From Puniceicoccales bacterium (lineage in GTDB: Bacteria > Verrucomicrobiota > Verrucomicrobiia > Opitutales > JAIRLM01): a stretch of 64,000 bases of DNA. Under the pieces are notes generated by a model that searched no databases, was not told where the DNA came from, and saw nothing but the letters and a program-made list of their open reading frames with translations. Position numbers and translations under genes: made by a program. Below, piece after piece: positions 35,800-49,300 of this stretch (within the stretch, counting starts at the first letter, position 1; every line of letters begins with the position of its first letter). The stretch spans positions 1,587 through 65,586 of the forward strand of contig JAITCU010000022.1 in the NCBI GenBank assembly GCA_031282835.1, read 5' to 3'.

Positions 35800-36069
35800 C
35801 TATTTCTGTGTGTGGGGGTTATGCGCCTTAAAGGTACGTGTCGGCGAGAATTCTCCCAGGTGGTGCCCCACCATATTCTCCGTGACGTGTACCGGCACAA
35901 ATATCTTCCCATTATGAACCTCAAAATTTAATCCCACGAAATCCGGCGTGATTACCGAACGGCGGGACCAGGTGCGGATGGGCTTCCGCGAAGATGTGCG
36001 CGTTGCCTCACCCACCTTGTCCGCCAAACTCGGATCTACGAAAAAACCTTTCTTTGTTGACCGTCCCAT
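35800..36069 (-). CDS. rpsS: 30S ribosomal protein S19
   Basis: [15 protein letters not shown]...[29 protein letters not shown]. Confidence 0.93.
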   Translation of the reverse strand: MGRSTKKGFFVDPSLADKVGEATRTSSRKPIRTWSRRSVITPDFVGLNFEVHNGKIFVPVHVTENMVGHHLGEFSPTRTFKAHNPHTQK

Positions 36070-36075
36070 CGCTGA

Positions 36076-36927
36076 TTAACCCCTTTTTACCTTTCTTCCA
36101 TTGCGACGAATCAGAATCGAACTGTTCGATGGCTTGGAGCGCTTCCTCGTTAGAAATCCCTTGGCCAGCTGGCCCCAGGGGGATACGGGATGGCCGCCAC
36201 CAGAAGTGCGCCCCTCGCCCCCCCCCATGGGATGGTCCACCGGGTTCATCGCTACGCCACGCACCCTTGGCCGCCGTCCCATCCAACGTCGCCGTCCAGC
36301 TTTTCCAAGGGATTGCTGGTTGTGCTCCGCGTTACCAACGGAGCCCAGCGTCGCCCGGCAGCGCGCATCCACGTACCGGACTTCACCGCTCATCAGCCGC
36401 AGGGTCGCTTTACCGCTTTCAACGGCAAGCAACTGCACCGATGATCCCGCCGTCCGCGCCAGCTGCGCCCCGCGGCCAGGGAGTAATTCCACGCAATGGA
36501 TGGGAATGGACAGTGGGACGAGCGACAATGGCAGGGACATTCCCGTGGCAAAGTCGCGGGGCATGGTATTCAGGCTTTGCACCGAGTCGCCAACCTTCAA
36601 CCCCTCCGGCGCAAGGATATAGCGTTTTTCCCCGTCCGCATAGGCCACCAGCGCAATCTGAGCGGAGCGGTTGGGATCGTACTCGATGTGCTGTACCTTT
36701 GCCAGGATATCAAATTTGTCCCGCTTGAAATCAACAAAGCGTAGCAGGCGCTTGTGGCCGCCGCCACGTCGACGGCTGGTAATGCGGCCGTAGCAATTGC
36801 GGCCATCGCTTCTGGTCGTGCCGCCGCGGGTCAGCGAACGCTCCGGCCGTTTTTTGGCGACGTTTTGCCGATTCAACGCCGTATAACGCTGGCTCGGTGT
36901 CAGGGGTCTGGATCGAATAATTGTCAT
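36076..36927 (-). CDS. rplB: 50S ribosomal protein L2
   Basis: GRNCYGRITSRRRGGGHKRLLR...NPVDHPMGGGEGRTSGGGHPVSPWG. Confidence 0.94.
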   Translation of the reverse strand: MTIIRSRPLTPSQRYTALNRQNVAKKRPERSLTRGGTTRSDGRNCYGRITSRRRGGGHKRLLRFVDFKRDKFDILAKVQHIEYDPNRSAQIALVAYADGEKRYILAPEGLKVGDSVQSLNTMPRDFATGMSLPLSLVPLSIPIHCVELLPGRGAQLARTAGSSVQLLAVESGKATLRLMSGEVRYVDARCRATLGSVGNAEHNQQSLGKAGRRRWMGRRPRVRGVAMNPVDHPMGGGEGRTSGGGHPVSPWGQLAKGFLTRKRSKPSNSSILIRRNGRKVKRG

Positions 36928-36982
36928 AAAAATCTACCTTTTCTACTAAATATCACATTTTTATAAAACTTCAATGTTATTT

Positions 36983-37303
36983 TTACAAAATCTCAATCTT
37001 ATCCCCTTCCCGCAGAAGAACAATGGCCCGTTTCACGGCTGGTTTGCGCGTGATGCCCGTCTTCCGCCGGCCAGCGCGGACGTGCTTTAGCTTCCCCTTC
37101 TGGTTTAATAAATTCACACGCAACGGTTTATAACCAAATTCGCGGGTGATCGCCCGGGCCACATCCGCAGCGCTGGCGTCGTTATCCACCGCAAATGTGT
37201 ACTGGTTAAGATCCGCGGCCAGGCGACTGGCTTTTTCGCTGATTTTAAAATACTTCAAAACTCCGTGTCGTGCGCTCATTTCCAGCTCTCCCGTCCATTT
37301 CAT
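36983..37303 (-). CDS. rplW: 50S ribosomal protein L23
   Basis: YTFAVDNDASAADVARAITREFGYKPLRVNLLNQKGK. It lies between rplD and rplB. The start could be ATG 37279. Confidence 0.88.
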   Translation of the reverse strand: MKWTGELEMSARHGVLKYFKISEKASRLAADLNQYTFAVDNDASAADVARAITREFGYKPLRVNLLNQKGKLKHVRAGRRKTGITRKPAVKRAIVLLREGDKIEIL

Positions 37304-37941
37304 TGGTTCTTAGCATTCACCCGTTCTGCGAGCGTCTCAGCCGCCCGTAGGGTCATGAACACCTTATTGCAATTGAGCGCCTGCCACGCATTCAGCGATC
37401 GCGCATCCACGGCGGCCACGTTAGGAAGGTTGCGGAAGGACAAAGCGACGTTTTTGTCAAAGGACGCGTCCAGCAGCAGCACCGACCCAGAATCTCCGCC
37501 AGGGATTTTGCGCAAAAAACCAGAGAATTCCTTCGTGCTCGGCTTGGTGCCCGCGGGAAAATCCTCAAAAAGAAGAACATCGCCAGCCCGTACGCGGTCA
37601 AAAAGCCCACGGGCGAGCGCAATCCTCCGCGCCTTCTTGTTAATTTTCACCGTATAGTCGCGCTTGCGCGGGCCAAAGGTCACGCCGCCACCGCTGCAAA
37701 TGGGACTCCGTCGTTCGCCGCGTCGGGCATTTCCCGTGCCCTTTTGTCGATAGGGCTTCTTACCCGTTCCCGCGACTTCAGCGCGGTTTTTGGTATGCGC
37801 ATCCCCCTGACGGCAGTTATTTTGATAAGCCAAGACCACGTCGCGCAAAACCACGCATCCCCGGTCGCCATCAAACGTGGGCAGGGAAATTTCCCTTTCT
37901 CCAAGCGGCTCTCCGGCCGAACTATAGCACATTGCCCTCAT
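37300..37941 (-). CDS. rplD: 50S ribosomal protein L4
   Basis: RQGDAHTKNRAEVAGTGKKPYRQKGTGNARRGERRSPICSGGGVTFGPRKRDY. Confidence 0.92.
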   Translation of the reverse strand: MRAMCYSSAGEPLGEREISLPTFDGDRGCVVLRDVVLAYQNNCRQGDAHTKNRAEVAGTGKKPYRQKGTGNARRGERRSPICSGGGVTFGPRKRDYTVKINKKARRIALARGLFDRVRAGDVLLFEDFPAGTKPSTKEFSGFLRKIPGGDSGSVLLLDASFDKNVALSFRNLPNVAAVDARSLNAWQALNCNKVFMTLRAAETLAERVNAKNQ

Positions 37942-38615
37942 CGCTTACCCTTCTTGGCCGTGCGAATGATGACAAGGCCGCCGTTCGGACCCATCACGCT
38001 GCCTTTGACCAAGCAAACATTTTCTTCCAGACATACCCGAATGACGCGCAAATTTTGAACCGTACGCGCCACCGTTCCCATATGGCCCGGCATCTTTCGG
38101 CCCTTGTAAATTTTACCCGGTTCCTCCCGATTTCCATAGGAACCTCCACGACGGTGGAACATGGAACCGTGGGCGCCAGGACCGCCGTCGAAGCCATGCC
38201 GCTTGACTACGCCCTGGAATCCGCGCCCCTTCGTAACCCCGCGAACGTCAACCATATCTCCCGCGTGCAAGTGGGATAAATCCAAAGATTCTCCCGGCGT
38301 ATAGACGGAAGAATCTTCCACGCGAAATTCTCGCAAATGCTTATGTGCTGGGAGGTTGGCCTTAGTATAAAAGTCGCGCATGGGCTTGGTACACCGACGC
38401 GGGCTGCTCAATTTCTCGGCGGCGATCTGGATGGCCGCATAGCCGTCATCGTCCGGTGTACGCACTGCCACCACCGGGCATGGGCACACCTCAACGGCGG
38501 TAACGGCAACGCAGGCACCAGCGGCGTCATACACCTGGGTCATGCCCAGCTTGCGGCCCATTAAAAACACATCTCTCTTTTCGTCCATGGCTAAGCGGCA
38601 GGAATCACCCTGCAT
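37938..38615 (-). CDS. rplC: 50S ribosomal protein L3
   Basis: LMGRKLGMTQVYD...GVTKGRGFQGVVKRHGF. The exact start among the upstream Met codons is uncertain. Confidence 0.92.
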   Translation of the reverse strand: MQGDSCRLAMDEKRDVFLMGRKLGMTQVYDAAGACVAVTAVEVCPCPVVAVRTPDDDGYAAIQIAAEKLSSPRRCTKPMRDFYTKANLPAHKHLREFRVEDSSVYTPGESLDLSHLHAGDMVDVRGVTKGRGFQGVVKRHGFDGGPGAHGSMFHRRGGSYGNREEPGKIYKGRKMPGHMGTVARTVQNLRVIRVCLEENVCLVKGSVMGPNGGLVIIRTAKKGKR

Positions 38616-38630
38616 TAGAACTTCCTGCTT

Positions 38631-38963
38631 TTACTGCTGTGATGCAATAACGATTTCAACCCCCGATGGCAAGTTAATTTTTTTCAACGCCTCCATTGTG
38701 TCGGCGCTCGGGTCAATGATGTCAATCATCCTTTTGTGGGTTTTTAACTCAAATTGCTCCGCGGATTTTTTGTCCTTATGGGGCGAACGATTTACGGAAA
38801 ACCGCTCTATCACCGTGGGCAACGGGACTGGCCCCCGCGCGTGCGTTCCAGAGCGCTTCACCGCATCAACGATCTCCGCCGACGCCTGATCGGCCAGGCG
38901 ATTGTCAAAGCTGCGCAACCGAACGCGCAGTACTTGCCCCTTGCTCTTCTTTGTATCTTCCAT
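38631..38963 (-). CDS. rpsJ: 30S ribosomal protein S10
   Basis: LRVRLRSFDNRLADQASAEIVDAVKRSGTHARGPVPLPT. Confidence 0.93.
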   Translation of the reverse strand: MEDTKKSKGQVLRVRLRSFDNRLADQASAEIVDAVKRSGTHARGPVPLPTVIERFSVNRSPHKDKKSAEQFELKTHKRMIDIIDPSADTMEALKKINLPSGVEIVIASQQ

Positions 38964-38982
38964 TTCGCCGTCTCCGATCTCC

Positions 38983-41130
38983 CTAGTTTCTCGTCCGTTT
39001 GTTGTAGTTTTCCGTTATCTGCGCCAGCACATTCGACGGGACCTGCTCAAAATGGGAGGGTTCCATGGAATAGGATGCCCGCCCCTTTGAAAGCGAGCGC
39101 ACGTCCGTCGCGTAGCCAAACATAGTCTCGAGCGGGACATGGGCCTTGACCTCGTAGAATCCGTGTTTTTCACCCATGCTCTGAATTTGCCCACGCCGGC
39201 GGCTAAGATCGCCCATGATATCCCCCTGATATTCATCCGGGGTCTCCACTTCGACCTGCATGATTGGTTCCAGCAAAATAGGGCTTGCCTTCCGCATGGC
39301 CTCCTTGAAACCAAAGATGCCTGCCATTTTAAAAGCCATTTCCGAGGAATCGACCTCGTGAAAACTGCCATCCACGATACGCGCGACGAAATCAATGACT
39401 GGATAGCCGGCGATGACGCCGCTCAGGGCACCCTCGCGGATACCATCTTCCGTTGGCTTGATGTATTCCTTGGGAATGACGCCACCAACGATTTCGTTGA
39501 TGACGGTGATTCCGCTGCCCCGCTCCGCCGGCTCAACCACGACAACCGCATGGCCATACTGTCCCCGGCCGCCGGATTGGCGGATAAATTTTCCTTCCCC
39601 CTGCGCCTTCTGGGTGATGGTTTCCTTGTAGGCGATGCGCGGTTTACCAGCCGTTGCACCGACTTTAAATTCGCGAAACAGGCGATCGCGGATGATTTCC
39701 AAATGCAGCTCACCCATGCCGGCAATCAGGGTCTGTTGCGTTTCCGGATCGGATGTGATGCGGAAGGTCGGATCCTCTTCGGCCAAGCGCTGCAGAGCAA
39801 GGGATAGTTTTTCCTGGTCCGCCTTGGAATTGGGTTCAATGGACATGTGAATCACCGGTTCGGGAAAAGTTGGAGGTTCGAGTTGTGCGTCCAGGGATCG
39901 TTCACAGAGCGTATCCCCCGTGACGACGCCCTTTACGCCCACAATGGCGCAGATATCCCCGGAGTAGGCGACGTCGATATCCTCCCGGGAATCTGCTTTC
40001 ATGATCATGAGGCGACTGACCCGCTCGGTCTTTCGCGTACGCGGGTTATAAACGGTGTCGCCCTTTTCTAGCTTGCCCGCGTAAACCCGGCAAAAAACGA
40101 GCTTCCCCACGTAGGGATCATACATGAGCTTAAACGCCAACATGGCCAATTTGCTCCGGTCATCGGCGGCGATGCCAATCTCCTCCCCCTCGTCCTTAAA
40201 CGCCGTTGTTGGAGGCAAATCGATCGGACTCGGCAGATAGTCCACCACTGCGTCCACCACCATCTGCACGCCTTTGTTTTTGAAGGCGCTTCCGGGGATT
40301 ACGCCCACAAAATCGAGCGAAATGGTCGCCACGCGAACGGCATGGCGCAACTCGCTTTCCCCAACGGGCTGCCCGTCGAGATACTTTGCCGCCACCACAT
40401 CGTCAAAATCGGCGACGGCTTCTATGAGCTGCCGGCGATACTCCTGGGCGGGCTCTTGGTATTGCATAGGGATTTCAACGTCATCGAAGCGCAGACCATT
40501 TTCATCGGTTTCATCGTACACGTAGGCCCGCATGCGGACGAGGTCAATCAGCCCCCTGAGTTGGTCCTCGGCACCCATGTTCAAGTATAGCGGATGGGCA
40601 TTCCCACCGAGCTTCGTGCGGATATCCTCGACGGCACCGAAGAAATCGGCCCCAACTCGATCCATCTTGTTAATAAACGCAACTCGCGGCACCCGATACT
40701 TATTCATCTGCCGCCAAACGGTTTCCGATTGAGGTTGAACTCCAGCGACGGCACAGAAAACGGCTACGGCGCCATCCAGCACCCGCAGGGAGCGTTCCAC
40801 TTCAGCGGTAAAATCCACGTGCCCGGGGGTATCGATAATATTAATTCGGTGGGGAATGCCGCTAAAAGACCCGTGTTTTGTCGTCCATCCGCAAGAAATT
40901 GCCGCGGACGTGATGGTAATCCCCCGCTCCCGTTCCTGCTCCATCCAATCGGTAACTGCCGTGCCCTCATGAACTTCGCCCATCTTGTGCACCACGCCCG
41001 TATAAAAAAGAATGCGCTCGGTGGTGGTGGTCTTTCCAGCGTCGATATGGGCTGCAATGCCAATGTTCCGCGTGTGCTCCAATATTGTCTGCCGTTTGGG
41101 GTCATTCCTCCCCGAATCGTTCTGGTTCAT
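38983..41130 (-). CDS. fusA: Elongation factor G
   Basis: [25 protein letters not shown]...[11 protein letters not shown]. Start refined to ATG 41130. Confidence 0.94.
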   Translation of the reverse strand: MNQNDSGRNDPKRQTILEHTRNIGIAAHIDAGKTTTTERILFYTGVVHKMGEVHEGTAVTDWMEQERERGITITSAAISCGWTTKHGSFSGIPHRINIIDTPGHVDFTAEVERSLRVLDGAVAVFCAVAGVQPQSETVWRQMNKYRVPRVAFINKMDRVGADFFGAVEDIRTKLGGNAHPLYLNMGAEDQLRGLIDLVRMRAYVYDETDENGLRFDDVEIPMQYQEPAQEYRRQLIEAVADFDDVVAAKYLDGQPVGESELRHAVRVATISLDFVGVIPGSAFKNKGVQMVVDAVVDYLPSPIDLPPTTAFKDEGEEIGIAADDRSKLAMLAFKLMYDPYVGKLVFCRVYAGKLEKGDTVYNPRTRKTERVSRLMIMKADSREDIDVAYSGDICAIVGVKGVVTGDTLCERSLDAQLEPPTFPEPVIHMSIEPNSKADQEKLSLALQRLAEEDPTFRITSDPETQQTLIAGMGELHLEIIRDRLFREFKVGATAGKPRIAYKETITQKAQGEGKFIRQSGGRGQYGHAVVVVEPAERGSGITVINEIVGGVIPKEYIKPTEDGIREGALSGVIAGYPVIDFVARIVDGSFHEVDSSEMAFKMAGIFGFKEAMRKASPILLEPIMQVEVETPDEYQGDIMGDLSRRRGQIQSMGEKHGFYEVKAHVPLETMFGYATDVRSLSKGRASYSMEPSHFEQVPSNVLAQITENYNKRTRN

Positions 41131-41158
41131 TGTCGTCGCTCCCTCAAAAATACGCCAA

Positions 41159-41632
41159 TTACCAGTGCAAATGGGCAAAAGCTCGATTAGCTTGGGCCAT
41201 TTTGTGCATGTCCTCCCGCTTTTTGACGGCGGATCCTGTATTATTATAGGCGTCAATCATCTCCATGGCCAGCGCATCGCACATGGCCAAACCCTTGCGA
41301 CCGTTGGCACAGTTGATCAACCAGCGGAAGGCCAGCGTTTGCTGGCGGTCGTAGGGCACTTCGACGGGAACTTGATAGGTTGCCCCGCCAACACGACGGC
41401 TTTTTACTTCCAACTTCGGCTGCACATTTTCCAGCGCGGTCAGGAGCAATTCCACCGGGTCTCCCTTGCCAAGTTTCTCACTAACTCGCTCGATGGCGCC
41501 GTATACGATGGTCCTGGCCACGGACTTCTTACCACAGCGGGTCACCATATTCACCAGGCGGCCAATCAGGACGCTCTGGAACTTCGGGTCAGGTACAATG
41601 GTACGCTTTTCTGCTCTTCGACGGCGCGACAT
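41159..41632 (-). CDS. rpsG: 30S ribosomal protein S7
   Basis: [20 protein letters not shown]...[18 protein letters not shown]. Confidence 0.93.
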   Translation of the reverse strand: MSRRRRAEKRTIVPDPKFQSVLIGRLVNMVTRCGKKSVARTIVYGAIERVSEKLGKGDPVELLLTALENVQPKLEVKSRRVGGATYQVPVEVPYDRQQTLAFRWLINCANGRKGLAMCDALAMEMIDAYNNTGSAVKKREDMHKMAQANRAFAHLHW

Positions 41633-41643
41633 AGTTTTCTACC

Positions 41644-42024
41644 TCACTTTTTCTTCTTTGCCTGTTTAACACCATACTTGGAACGACTTCTCCGGCGCTT
41701 TTCAACACCATTGCAGTCCAGAGTGCCCCGGACGATATGATACCGGACGCCTGGGAGGTCTTTCACTCGCCCGCCGCGGATGAGGACGATGCTATGCTCT
41801 TGGAGACTGTGCCCTTCATCGGGAATGTAGGCAATGATCTCATTCCCATTGGTGAGACGCACCTTAGCTACCTTGCGGATGGCGGAATTGGGCTTCTTGG
41901 GCGTACGCGTGGTCACTTGTACGCAAACACCCCGGCGGAACGGATTCCCTGCCAATGCCGGAGCTTTTGATTTCTTCACGAGCATCCGACGCGGACTTCT
42001 GATCAACTGGTTAATTGTTGGCAT
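41644..42024 (-). CDS. rpsL: 30S ribosomal protein S12
   Basis: MPTINQLIR...[20 protein letters not shown]...[13 protein letters not shown]. Confidence 0.94.
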   Translation of the reverse strand: MPTINQLIRSPRRMLVKKSKAPALAGNPFRRGVCVQVTTRTPKKPNSAIRKVAKVRLTNGNEIIAYIPDEGHSLQEHSIVLIRGGRVKDLPGVRYHIVRGTLDCNGVEKRRRSRSKYGVKQAKKKK

Positions 42025-42124
42025 AAACTCTTTCTCGCTTCCCCGTTAATGAGCGGAAACCCGCCCGCAAATTTTTCGTGTGTCACTTTCCAAATGGCAA
42101 ACTTCCCTCTTTTCAATACTTTTT

Positions 42125-45100
42125 CTAGATTTTGTCAATCTCTTCTTCTTGGAGCTGAATTTTCAATGGAATTTTCTCGGTTCCCGCAAATGCACCAATG
42201 GTTTCCAACTCTTCGCCGACCATGAGCGTGACCGGCCGCAGGCGATTGTACTTCGGCAGCCCCGTGCCCGCGGGGATAACGTGGCCAATGATAACATTTT
42301 CCTTAAAACCGTTTAAAGGATCCTTGCGTCCTAGGGTGGCGGCGTCGGTGAGCACGCGCGTGGTTTCCTGGAAGGAAGCGGCAGAGATAAAGCTGTTGGT
42401 TTCCAGGGATGCCTTCGTAATTCCGAGGAGAATGGGGTCCGCATCCGCGGGCTGTCCACCGGCTTCAAGGATCCTTTCGTTGATGTCCTGCAGCACAAAC
42501 CGATCCAGCTGATCTCCCCAAAGAAAATCTGTGTCCCCTGGTGCGGTAATACACACCCTGCGCAACATGCGTGCCAGAATAACCTCGATGTGCTTGTCGT
42601 TGATGGTAATGCCTTGGGTGCGATACACCTTCTGAATTTCCCGCAGCAGATACTCAAAAACGGCGGACATACCCATTACTTCTAAAATTTCGTGGGGGTC
42701 CGCCATTCCACTAGACAAAAACTGCCCCTTTGTAACGAAATCTCCCTCTTGCACAATGATTTGCTTGGTGAGCGGGACCAGGTGCTCCTCCTTCTGCTCC
42801 GTTTCTGGATCTGTAACGATGACCCGCCGTTTATTGCGAACAGTGCCGCCGAAGGACACATAGCCGCTGAGACGGACGAGTTCGGCAACATCTTTGGGGC
42901 GACGGGCTTCGAAAAGTTCTGCCACGCGCGGGAGGCCGCCGGTAATATCCTGCGTGCGCGACGCAGAGCGGGTTATCTTGGCTAAAAGTGTCCCAGCATC
43001 GATGACATCCCCGTCTTCCACGGAAAGTTGCGCATTCGTTGGAATGTGATAGACGGCAACAACCTGTCCTTCGGTGGCAGCGTAACGATTACCTTCTAGG
43101 GCGCACACCTCGATGGACGGGTTGAAATCGTCCTTGTGCTCAATGACCATAGTCACGCCGCCGCCGCCGCTTACCTCGTCCCGCTTAACCGTAACTCCAG
43201 GGATCATGTCCTTGAAGCGCACGCGCCCGGCTTTTTTGGATAAAATTGGCATATGGTGGGCGTCCCAGGCGGCGAGAATTTGGTCTTTTTTTGCGGGTTC
43301 GCCGTCACGGGCAAATAGCACCGAGCCGATGACGATGTTGAAGGATTCCAATTCGCGCCCGCCGCTATCGACGATGCTCAGCACCCCGGTTTTGTTAAGG
43401 ACAATGATTGTTCCATTGGCTGTCTCCACATGGCCAATGTCTTTCCAGCGGACGGTGCCTTCGGATTTTGCGCGGTATTGGGGATTTTTAAGCATTTGGC
43501 TGGCCACGCCACCCATCTGGAAGTTTTTCATGGTTAGCTGGGTTCCTGGCTCGCCGATGGACTGGGCCGCGATGATGCCGATTGCGGTGCCTTCTTCGAC
43601 CATCTTATTGGTAGACAGATCGATGCCGTAGGCCTTTGCTGGGATTCCGTTACGAGTCATGTGCGTTAGCGGGGACATTACCTTAACACGCTCTATGCCA
43701 AGCTCCTGTATGCGTTTTGCAACATCGGTGGTAATGAGATTACCAGCGCCAACCAAAATTTCTTCGGGACGGTTGGGATTGACCACATCCTCGCTGCTAC
43801 ATCGGCCGGAAATGCGTTCTTCCAGAGACATAATTTCCTGATCCCCCTCCATCAGCGCCTGTTTCCAAACGCCGCTGCGGTTGCCGTCGTCGTGTTCAGT
43901 GATGACACAATCCATAGCTACGTCGCAGAGTTTACGGGTCATGTACCCGGCATCGGCAGTTTTAAGTGCTACGTCGGCAAGACCTTTACGGGCTCCATGG
44001 GTGGATATGAAGTAATCAAGGGAGGAAAGGCCCTCACGGAAGGAGGCTAGTACGGGTCGCTCGATGATTTCTCCAGACGGCTTGGCCATGAGCCCCCGCA
44101 TACCACAGAGCTGCCTCACCTGCTGCCGATTGCCACGGGCGCCAGAGTCTATCATAAGAAAAATGGGATTAATTTCGTCACCGTTTTTGTTTCCGCTGAG
44201 GTCGGCATAGACGGTGTTTGCGATTTCGTCCGTTGCGCTGGTCCAGATATCAATGATCTTGTTATAACGCTCGCCGCTGGTGATAACGCCGCTGGTATAC
44301 TGCTTATCGACTTCATCCACCTTCTTCTTGGCGGCCTCTATAAGCTTCGCTTTATTTTCCGGGACAATCATGTCTTCCACGCCCGCAGACGCGCCGGATT
44401 CCATGGCCATGCGAAACCCCAAATCCTTGAGCTTGTCCAACAATTCGACGAGCGCGTACCGACCGACGGTCTTATGGGCAGCCATAATCACCTCACCCAG
44501 TTTCGCCTTGGCTACGGGACAGTTAACGAATCCCATGCGTTCAGGGAAAATGGAGTTAAAAATAACCCGGCCAACGGTTGTGGTGAGGATACGGCTTTTG
44601 GGGTCCCCGTAGCGCGTTTCACGGGCATAATCCGGATTGATCATGCGAATCCAGTCGTGCTTTCGAACGCGTCCCTCCACCAACGCTAGGAGCGCTTCGT
44701 CCTTGCTTACCATAAGCGGGATGTGGACGCCGTTGTGGCCCGGAGCATGCTGCGGCTCGACGGTCAAGTAGTATGCACCCAGCACGATGTCCTGGGAGGG
44801 TGTCATAATGGGTTTGCCGCTTGAAGGAGATAGGATGTTAAGTGTGCTCATCATAAGCAATTTACATTCCATGGTGGCCTCAATGGACAAGGGCACGTGT
44901 ACGGCCATTTGATCACCATCGAAATCCGCATTGAACGCCGTACACACCAAGGGGTGCAGGCGAATGGCCTCGCCCTCAATGAGGACGGGATCAAAGGCTT
45001 GGATGGATAGGCGGTGCAAAGTCGGTGCGCGGTTAAGCAGGACTGGATGGCCGCGCATGACCTCCTCGAGGATATCCCACACTTCCAGGGATTGGCGCTC

Positions 45101-46321
45101 AATGAGTTTGCGTGCACTGCGTACGGTGTGCACGAAACCTAGTTCCTTCAATCTGCGGATAATGAAGGGCTCAAAGAGGGTCAGGGCCATTTTTTTTGGC
45201 AGGCCGCATTGATTAAGTTTCAATGTGGGTCCAATGACGATGACTGAGCGGCCGCTGTAGTCCACACGCTTCCCTAAAAGGTTCTGCCGAAACCGCCCCT
45301 GTTTGCCCTTGAGCATGTCGCTGATAGATTTTAGTGGCCGGTTGCCGTTTCCCTGCACTGGTCGTGATTGGCGGCTGTTATCGAAGAGCGCGTCCACTGC
45401 CTCCTGCAACATGCGCATTTCGTTATGGATGATCACATCCGGCGTTTTAAGCTGCATCAGGCTCTTCAGACGATTATTGCGATTAATTACCCGCCGGTAA
45501 AGGTCATTCAGGTCGCTTGTGGCAAATCGTCCGCCATCCAGCGGAACCAATGGGCGTAGATCCGGCGGAATTACGGCAAGTGTTTCCAAAATCATCCACC
45601 CCGGGGACGTACCTGTTTGCAAAAATGAGGTCACCAATTTCAATCGCCGGGCCAGTTTTTTCTTAACTTGCTTGGACCGGGTAGCTTTAATCAGACTTTC
45701 AAGCTCGCCGGCCAGTTGGAGCATGTCGACAGAATTCAAAATTTCTTTAAGGGCCCCGGCACCCATCTTGGCAACGAAGGCATCCTCGCCATACAGATCT
45801 TGCGCCTTAATGTACTCCACCTCCGAAAGCAACTGCCGCGAATTTAGTGGCGTTGTCCCCGGAGTAATGACGATGTAGCACTCGTAGTAAATAACGCGCT
45901 CCAAGTCTTTCAGCGTCATGTCTAAAAATAGGGCGAGGCGGCTTGGCAGGTTTTTAAAAAACCAAATATGGGCCACGGGAACTGCTAGCTCGATGTGTCC
46001 CATGCGTTCCCGTCGGACCTTCGACTGGGTCACCTCTACGCCGCATCGTTCACAAATTACGTCCTTGTATTTCATGCGCTTGTACTTCCCGCATGCGCAT
46101 TCGTAGTCGTGGACGGGACCGAAGATGCGTTGGCAAAAAAGTCCACCGGGTTCGGGCCGGAAGGTGCGGTAATTAATAGTCTCCGGGCTTTTAATCTCAC
46201 CGCTTGACCAAGACCGGATTACGTCCGGAGATGCAATCGATAAACTTACGCTGTCGAGAATATGCTCCCGATCGAAACCCAATGCTTCCATCGCCTCTTG
46301 ATTATTGTGATTTTGTCGCAT
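42125..46321 (-). CDS. rpoC: DNA-directed RNA polymerase subunit beta'
   Basis: 1398 aa with [23 protein letters not shown] (zinc finger) and the active site NADFDGDQM. Confidence 0.95.
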   Translation of the reverse strand: MRQNHNNQEAMEALGFDREHILDSVSLSIASPDVIRSWSSGEIKSPETINYRTFRPEPGGLFCQRIFGPVHDYECACGKYKRMKYKDVICERCGVEVTQSKVRRERMGHIELAVPVAHIWFFKNLPSRLALFLDMTLKDLERVIYYECYIVITPGTTPLNSRQLLSEVEYIKAQDLYGEDAFVAKMGAGALKEILNSVDMLQLAGELESLIKATRSKQVKKKLARRLKLVTSFLQTGTSPGWMILETLAVIPPDLRPLVPLDGGRFATSDLNDLYRRVINRNNRLKSLMQLKTPDVIIHNEMRMLQEAVDALFDNSRQSRPVQGNGNRPLKSISDMLKGKQGRFRQNLLGKRVDYSGRSVIVIGPTLKLNQCGLPKKMALTLFEPFIIRRLKELGFVHTVRSARKLIERQSLEVWDILEEVMRGHPVLLNRAPTLHRLSIQAFDPVLIEGEAIRLHPLVCTAFNADFDGDQMAVHVPLSIEATMECKLLMMSTLNILSPSSGKPIMTPSQDIVLGAYYLTVEPQHAPGHNGVHIPLMVSKDEALLALVEGRVRKHDWIRMINPDYARETRYGDPKSRILTTTVGRVIFNSIFPERMGFVNCPVAKAKLGEVIMAAHKTVGRYALVELLDKLKDLGFRMAMESGASAGVEDMIVPENKAKLIEAAKKKVDEVDKQYTSGVITSGERYNKIIDIWTSATDEIANTVYADLSGNKNGDEINPIFLMIDSGARGNRQQVRQLCGMRGLMAKPSGEIIERPVLASFREGLSSLDYFISTHGARKGLADVALKTADAGYMTRKLCDVAMDCVITEHDDGNRSGVWKQALMEGDQEIMSLEERISGRCSSEDVVNPNRPEEILVGAGNLITTDVAKRIQELGIERVKVMSPLTHMTRNGIPAKAYGIDLSTNKMVEEGTAIGIIAAQSIGEPGTQLTMKNFQMGGVASQMLKNPQYRAKSEGTVRWKDIGHVETANGTIIVLNKTGVLSIVDSGGRELESFNIVIGSVLFARDGEPAKKDQILAAWDAHHMPILSKKAGRVRFKDMIPGVTVKRDEVSGGGGVTMVIEHKDDFNPSIEVCALEGNRYAATEGQVVAVYHIPTNAQLSVEDGDVIDAGTLLAKITRSASRTQDITGGLPRVAELFEARRPKDVAELVRLSGYVSFGGTVRNKRRVIVTDPETEQKEEHLVPLTKQIIVQEGDFVTKGQFLSSGMADPHEILEVMGMSAVFEYLLREIQKVYRTQGITINDKHIEVILARMLRRVCITAPGDTDFLWGDQLDRFVLQDINERILEAGGQPADADPILLGITKASLETNSFISAASFQETTRVLTDAATLGRKDPLNGFKENVIIGHVIPAGTGLPKYNRLRPVTLMVGEELETIGAFAGTEKIPLKIQLQEEEIDKI

Positions 46322-46367
46322 CGCACGCCCCCATTGATATTACATCTATTTATCCCTAGACACCGGG

Positions 46368-49300
46368 TCATTGTCGGGCATTCGGATTGCAGTCATCAAC
46401 GATTTCTTCATGCAACTTCACATCCAATCCCAACCCCTGTATTTCCTTAACCAACACGTTGAATGATTGCGGTATGCCCGCGCGCAGGGTCCTATCCCCC
46501 TTCACGATCGCCTCATAGGTTGCCGTTCGACCTTGCACGTCATCGGATTTCACCGTTAGCAGCTCCTGCAGGCAATAGGCGGCTCCATAGGCTTCTAATG
46601 CCCAAACTTCCATTTCCCCGAAGCGCTGCCCGCCATATTGTGCTTTCCCTCCGAGTGGTTGCTGGGTGATAAGGCTGTAGGGTCCTACAGCACGCGCGTG
46701 CATCTTGTCGGCCACCAAATGGTTGAGCTTCATCATGTACATGTAACCCACGGAGACCCGCTGGTCGAAGCGCTCTCCCGTACACCCGTCGTAGAGATAG
46801 ACTTTTCCAGATGTGGGCAATCCCGCCTGGGAGGTAATTTCAGCAATTTGCTCCTTCGTAGCTCCGTCAAAAACGGGTGTTGCTACTTTAATGCCAAGCT
46901 TTTGACAGGCCCAGCCTAGTTGCGTTTCCAGCACCTGGCCGACATTCATGCGCGCTGGTACACCGAGAGGGTTTAATACCACGTCCACCGGGGTTCCGTC
47001 CTCAAGAAATGGCATGTCCTCCGCGGCAACGATACGGGAAACGATGCCCTTATTTCCGTGTCTCCCAGCCATTTTATCGCCGACTTGAATTTTCCGTTTA
47101 GCGGCAATGTAGACTTTGGCGTTGTTGATCGTGTCGCCCTCGTTGAACTCGCCGCTCTCCACCGCCTTTAGCTGCGTATTGCACTCTCGGATTATCTGAT
47201 CGAATTTACGCTGATAGGTTTGGACAATTTCGTCGATGCGGACCTTTGCCGGGGATTCGTCGATGGAAATTTTATTGGAAACCGTGGCAATTTTACGCAG
47301 TAATGTCTTGGTAATTTTGCGATTGGCGCCGATGAGGATTTCTCCGGTTTCGCCATTGCGAATGTCTAGCGGAATTTTTTCACCTAAAAGCACATTGGAC
47401 AGCGCCTCAGTTAAACTCTCCCGCACCTCATCCATTTGCTTGCGAAAATCTTCATTCACCTTTTTTGTTTGTCGGCGAATTTCTGCAGGGCTAAGTGACT
47501 CGCGATCTCGTGCACTACGCCCAGATACCTTGACATCCATTACGATGCCGTAGCACCCAGATGGCGCAACTAAGGAGGTATCCTTAACATCCGCCGCCTT
47601 CTCGCCAAAAATGGCCCGCAGCAACTTTTCTTCCGGTGCCAAATCTGTTTCGCTTTTCGGCGTAACCTTTCCCACGAGAATGTCCCCCGGCCGGACCTCG
47701 GACCCAATTCGGATGATGCCATCGCGATTAAGATTTCGCAGCGCCTCATCCCCAACGTTGGGGATATCTCGCGTGATTTCTTCCTGCCCCAGCTTCGTGT
47801 CCTGCGCGGTGACTTCAAAGACTTCAATGTGGATAGATGTAAAAACATCATCCTTCAACATCCGCTCATTGAGAAGGATGGCGTCCTCGTAGTTATATCC
47901 ATTCCAAGGCATGAAAGCCACCAGCACGTTGCGGCCGAGAGCCAATTCGCCGTTTTCCGTGGATGCGCCATCAGCGAGTAAATCTCCTTCTTTTACTTTC
48001 TGTCCAGCAACCACCCGGGGACGCTGGTTAAAGCAAGTTGCTGCATTGGAGCGCAGGAATTTACGTAGGCGATAGTAATCTACACCCGGGAAGGCGGCTA
48101 CATTGCGTTCTTCGAAATCCTTAGGAAGTTTTCCGTCCTTGGTAACAATGATCCGTTGGGCGTCGACGGAGGCCACGGTTCCTGCCCGTTTGGCCAAAAT
48201 TACCACTTTGGAATCATGGGCTAACCTTTCTTCGATGCCCGTACCTACCACCGGCGCATCGGGAACGAGTAGGGGAACCGCTTGTCTTTGCATGTTAGAC
48301 CCCATGAGCGCACGGCTGGTATCATCGTGCTCAAGAAACGGAATCAGGCTAGCGGCGGCGGAGACCAGCTGCTTGGATGACACGTCCATATGCGTCACCT
48401 CTGCGGCATCTACCTCCAAAATTTGATCGCGGAAGCGTACGGTTACCCGCCCCTTGAGCTTTCCTTTGTCGTCCACCACCGCGTTGGCCTGGGCAATTTT
48501 GAAATTTTCCTCCTGGTCCGCATTGAGATAGACGACCTCGCTGGTTACCACGCCTTTCTTTACAATACGATAGGGGGATTCGATAAACCCGAATTCATTT
48601 ACGCGCGCATACGTACTCATGGAATTAATGAGGCCAATATTGGGGCCTTCCGGGGACTCAATGGGGCAAATGCGCCCATAGTGGGAGGTGTGCACATCGC
48701 GCACATCAAGTCCGGCGCGCTCCCGACTCAGTCCACCAGGGCCGAGGGCGGAAATGCGCCGTTTATGGGCCACTTCGGAAAGCGGGTTAATTTGGTCCAT
48801 TAACTGTGATAGCTGGCTACGGGCAAAAAAATCCCGAATGGACGACATCAGTAATTTGGGATTGAGCAACTTCTGAGGGGTAATGGAGTCCACGCTTTGA
48901 TCGTAGAGGCTCATACATTCCTTTGTATGTCGCTCCATGTGCGACAGTCCCGAATGGCACTGATTCGCAACCAATTCCCCTACGCTGCGGATACGCCGAT
49001 TGCCAAGATGATCAATATCGTCGACCCGGTACTCGCCGAGGCGAATTTTGAAAAGATACTTCAAGGCCGCGATGACATCCTCTGCGGAAACCAACCGGTC
49101 ATCCGTGTGTCGGTTTAGCCCCAGTTTCTGATTGAGTTTATAGCGGCCGACCCGATCCAAGTCATAGCGGCGCGGATCCCTAAACAGCCGTTTGAGAAGG
49201 CCCTGGGCATTGGCCAGCGTGGGCGGCTCCCCGGGTCGTAGGCGCATGTAAAACTCTGTAAGCGCTTCCTCGGTATTTTTCGTAGTATCTTTTTTGAGCG

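Noticed and set aside
35994-36728. 244-aa plus-strand ORF (with similar ORFs at 36101..36622, 31..32 kb and 39..41 kb)
   Set aside because: These are antisense to rplB and other ribosomal-protein or EF-G genes, and are Pro/Arg/Ala-rich shadow frames.
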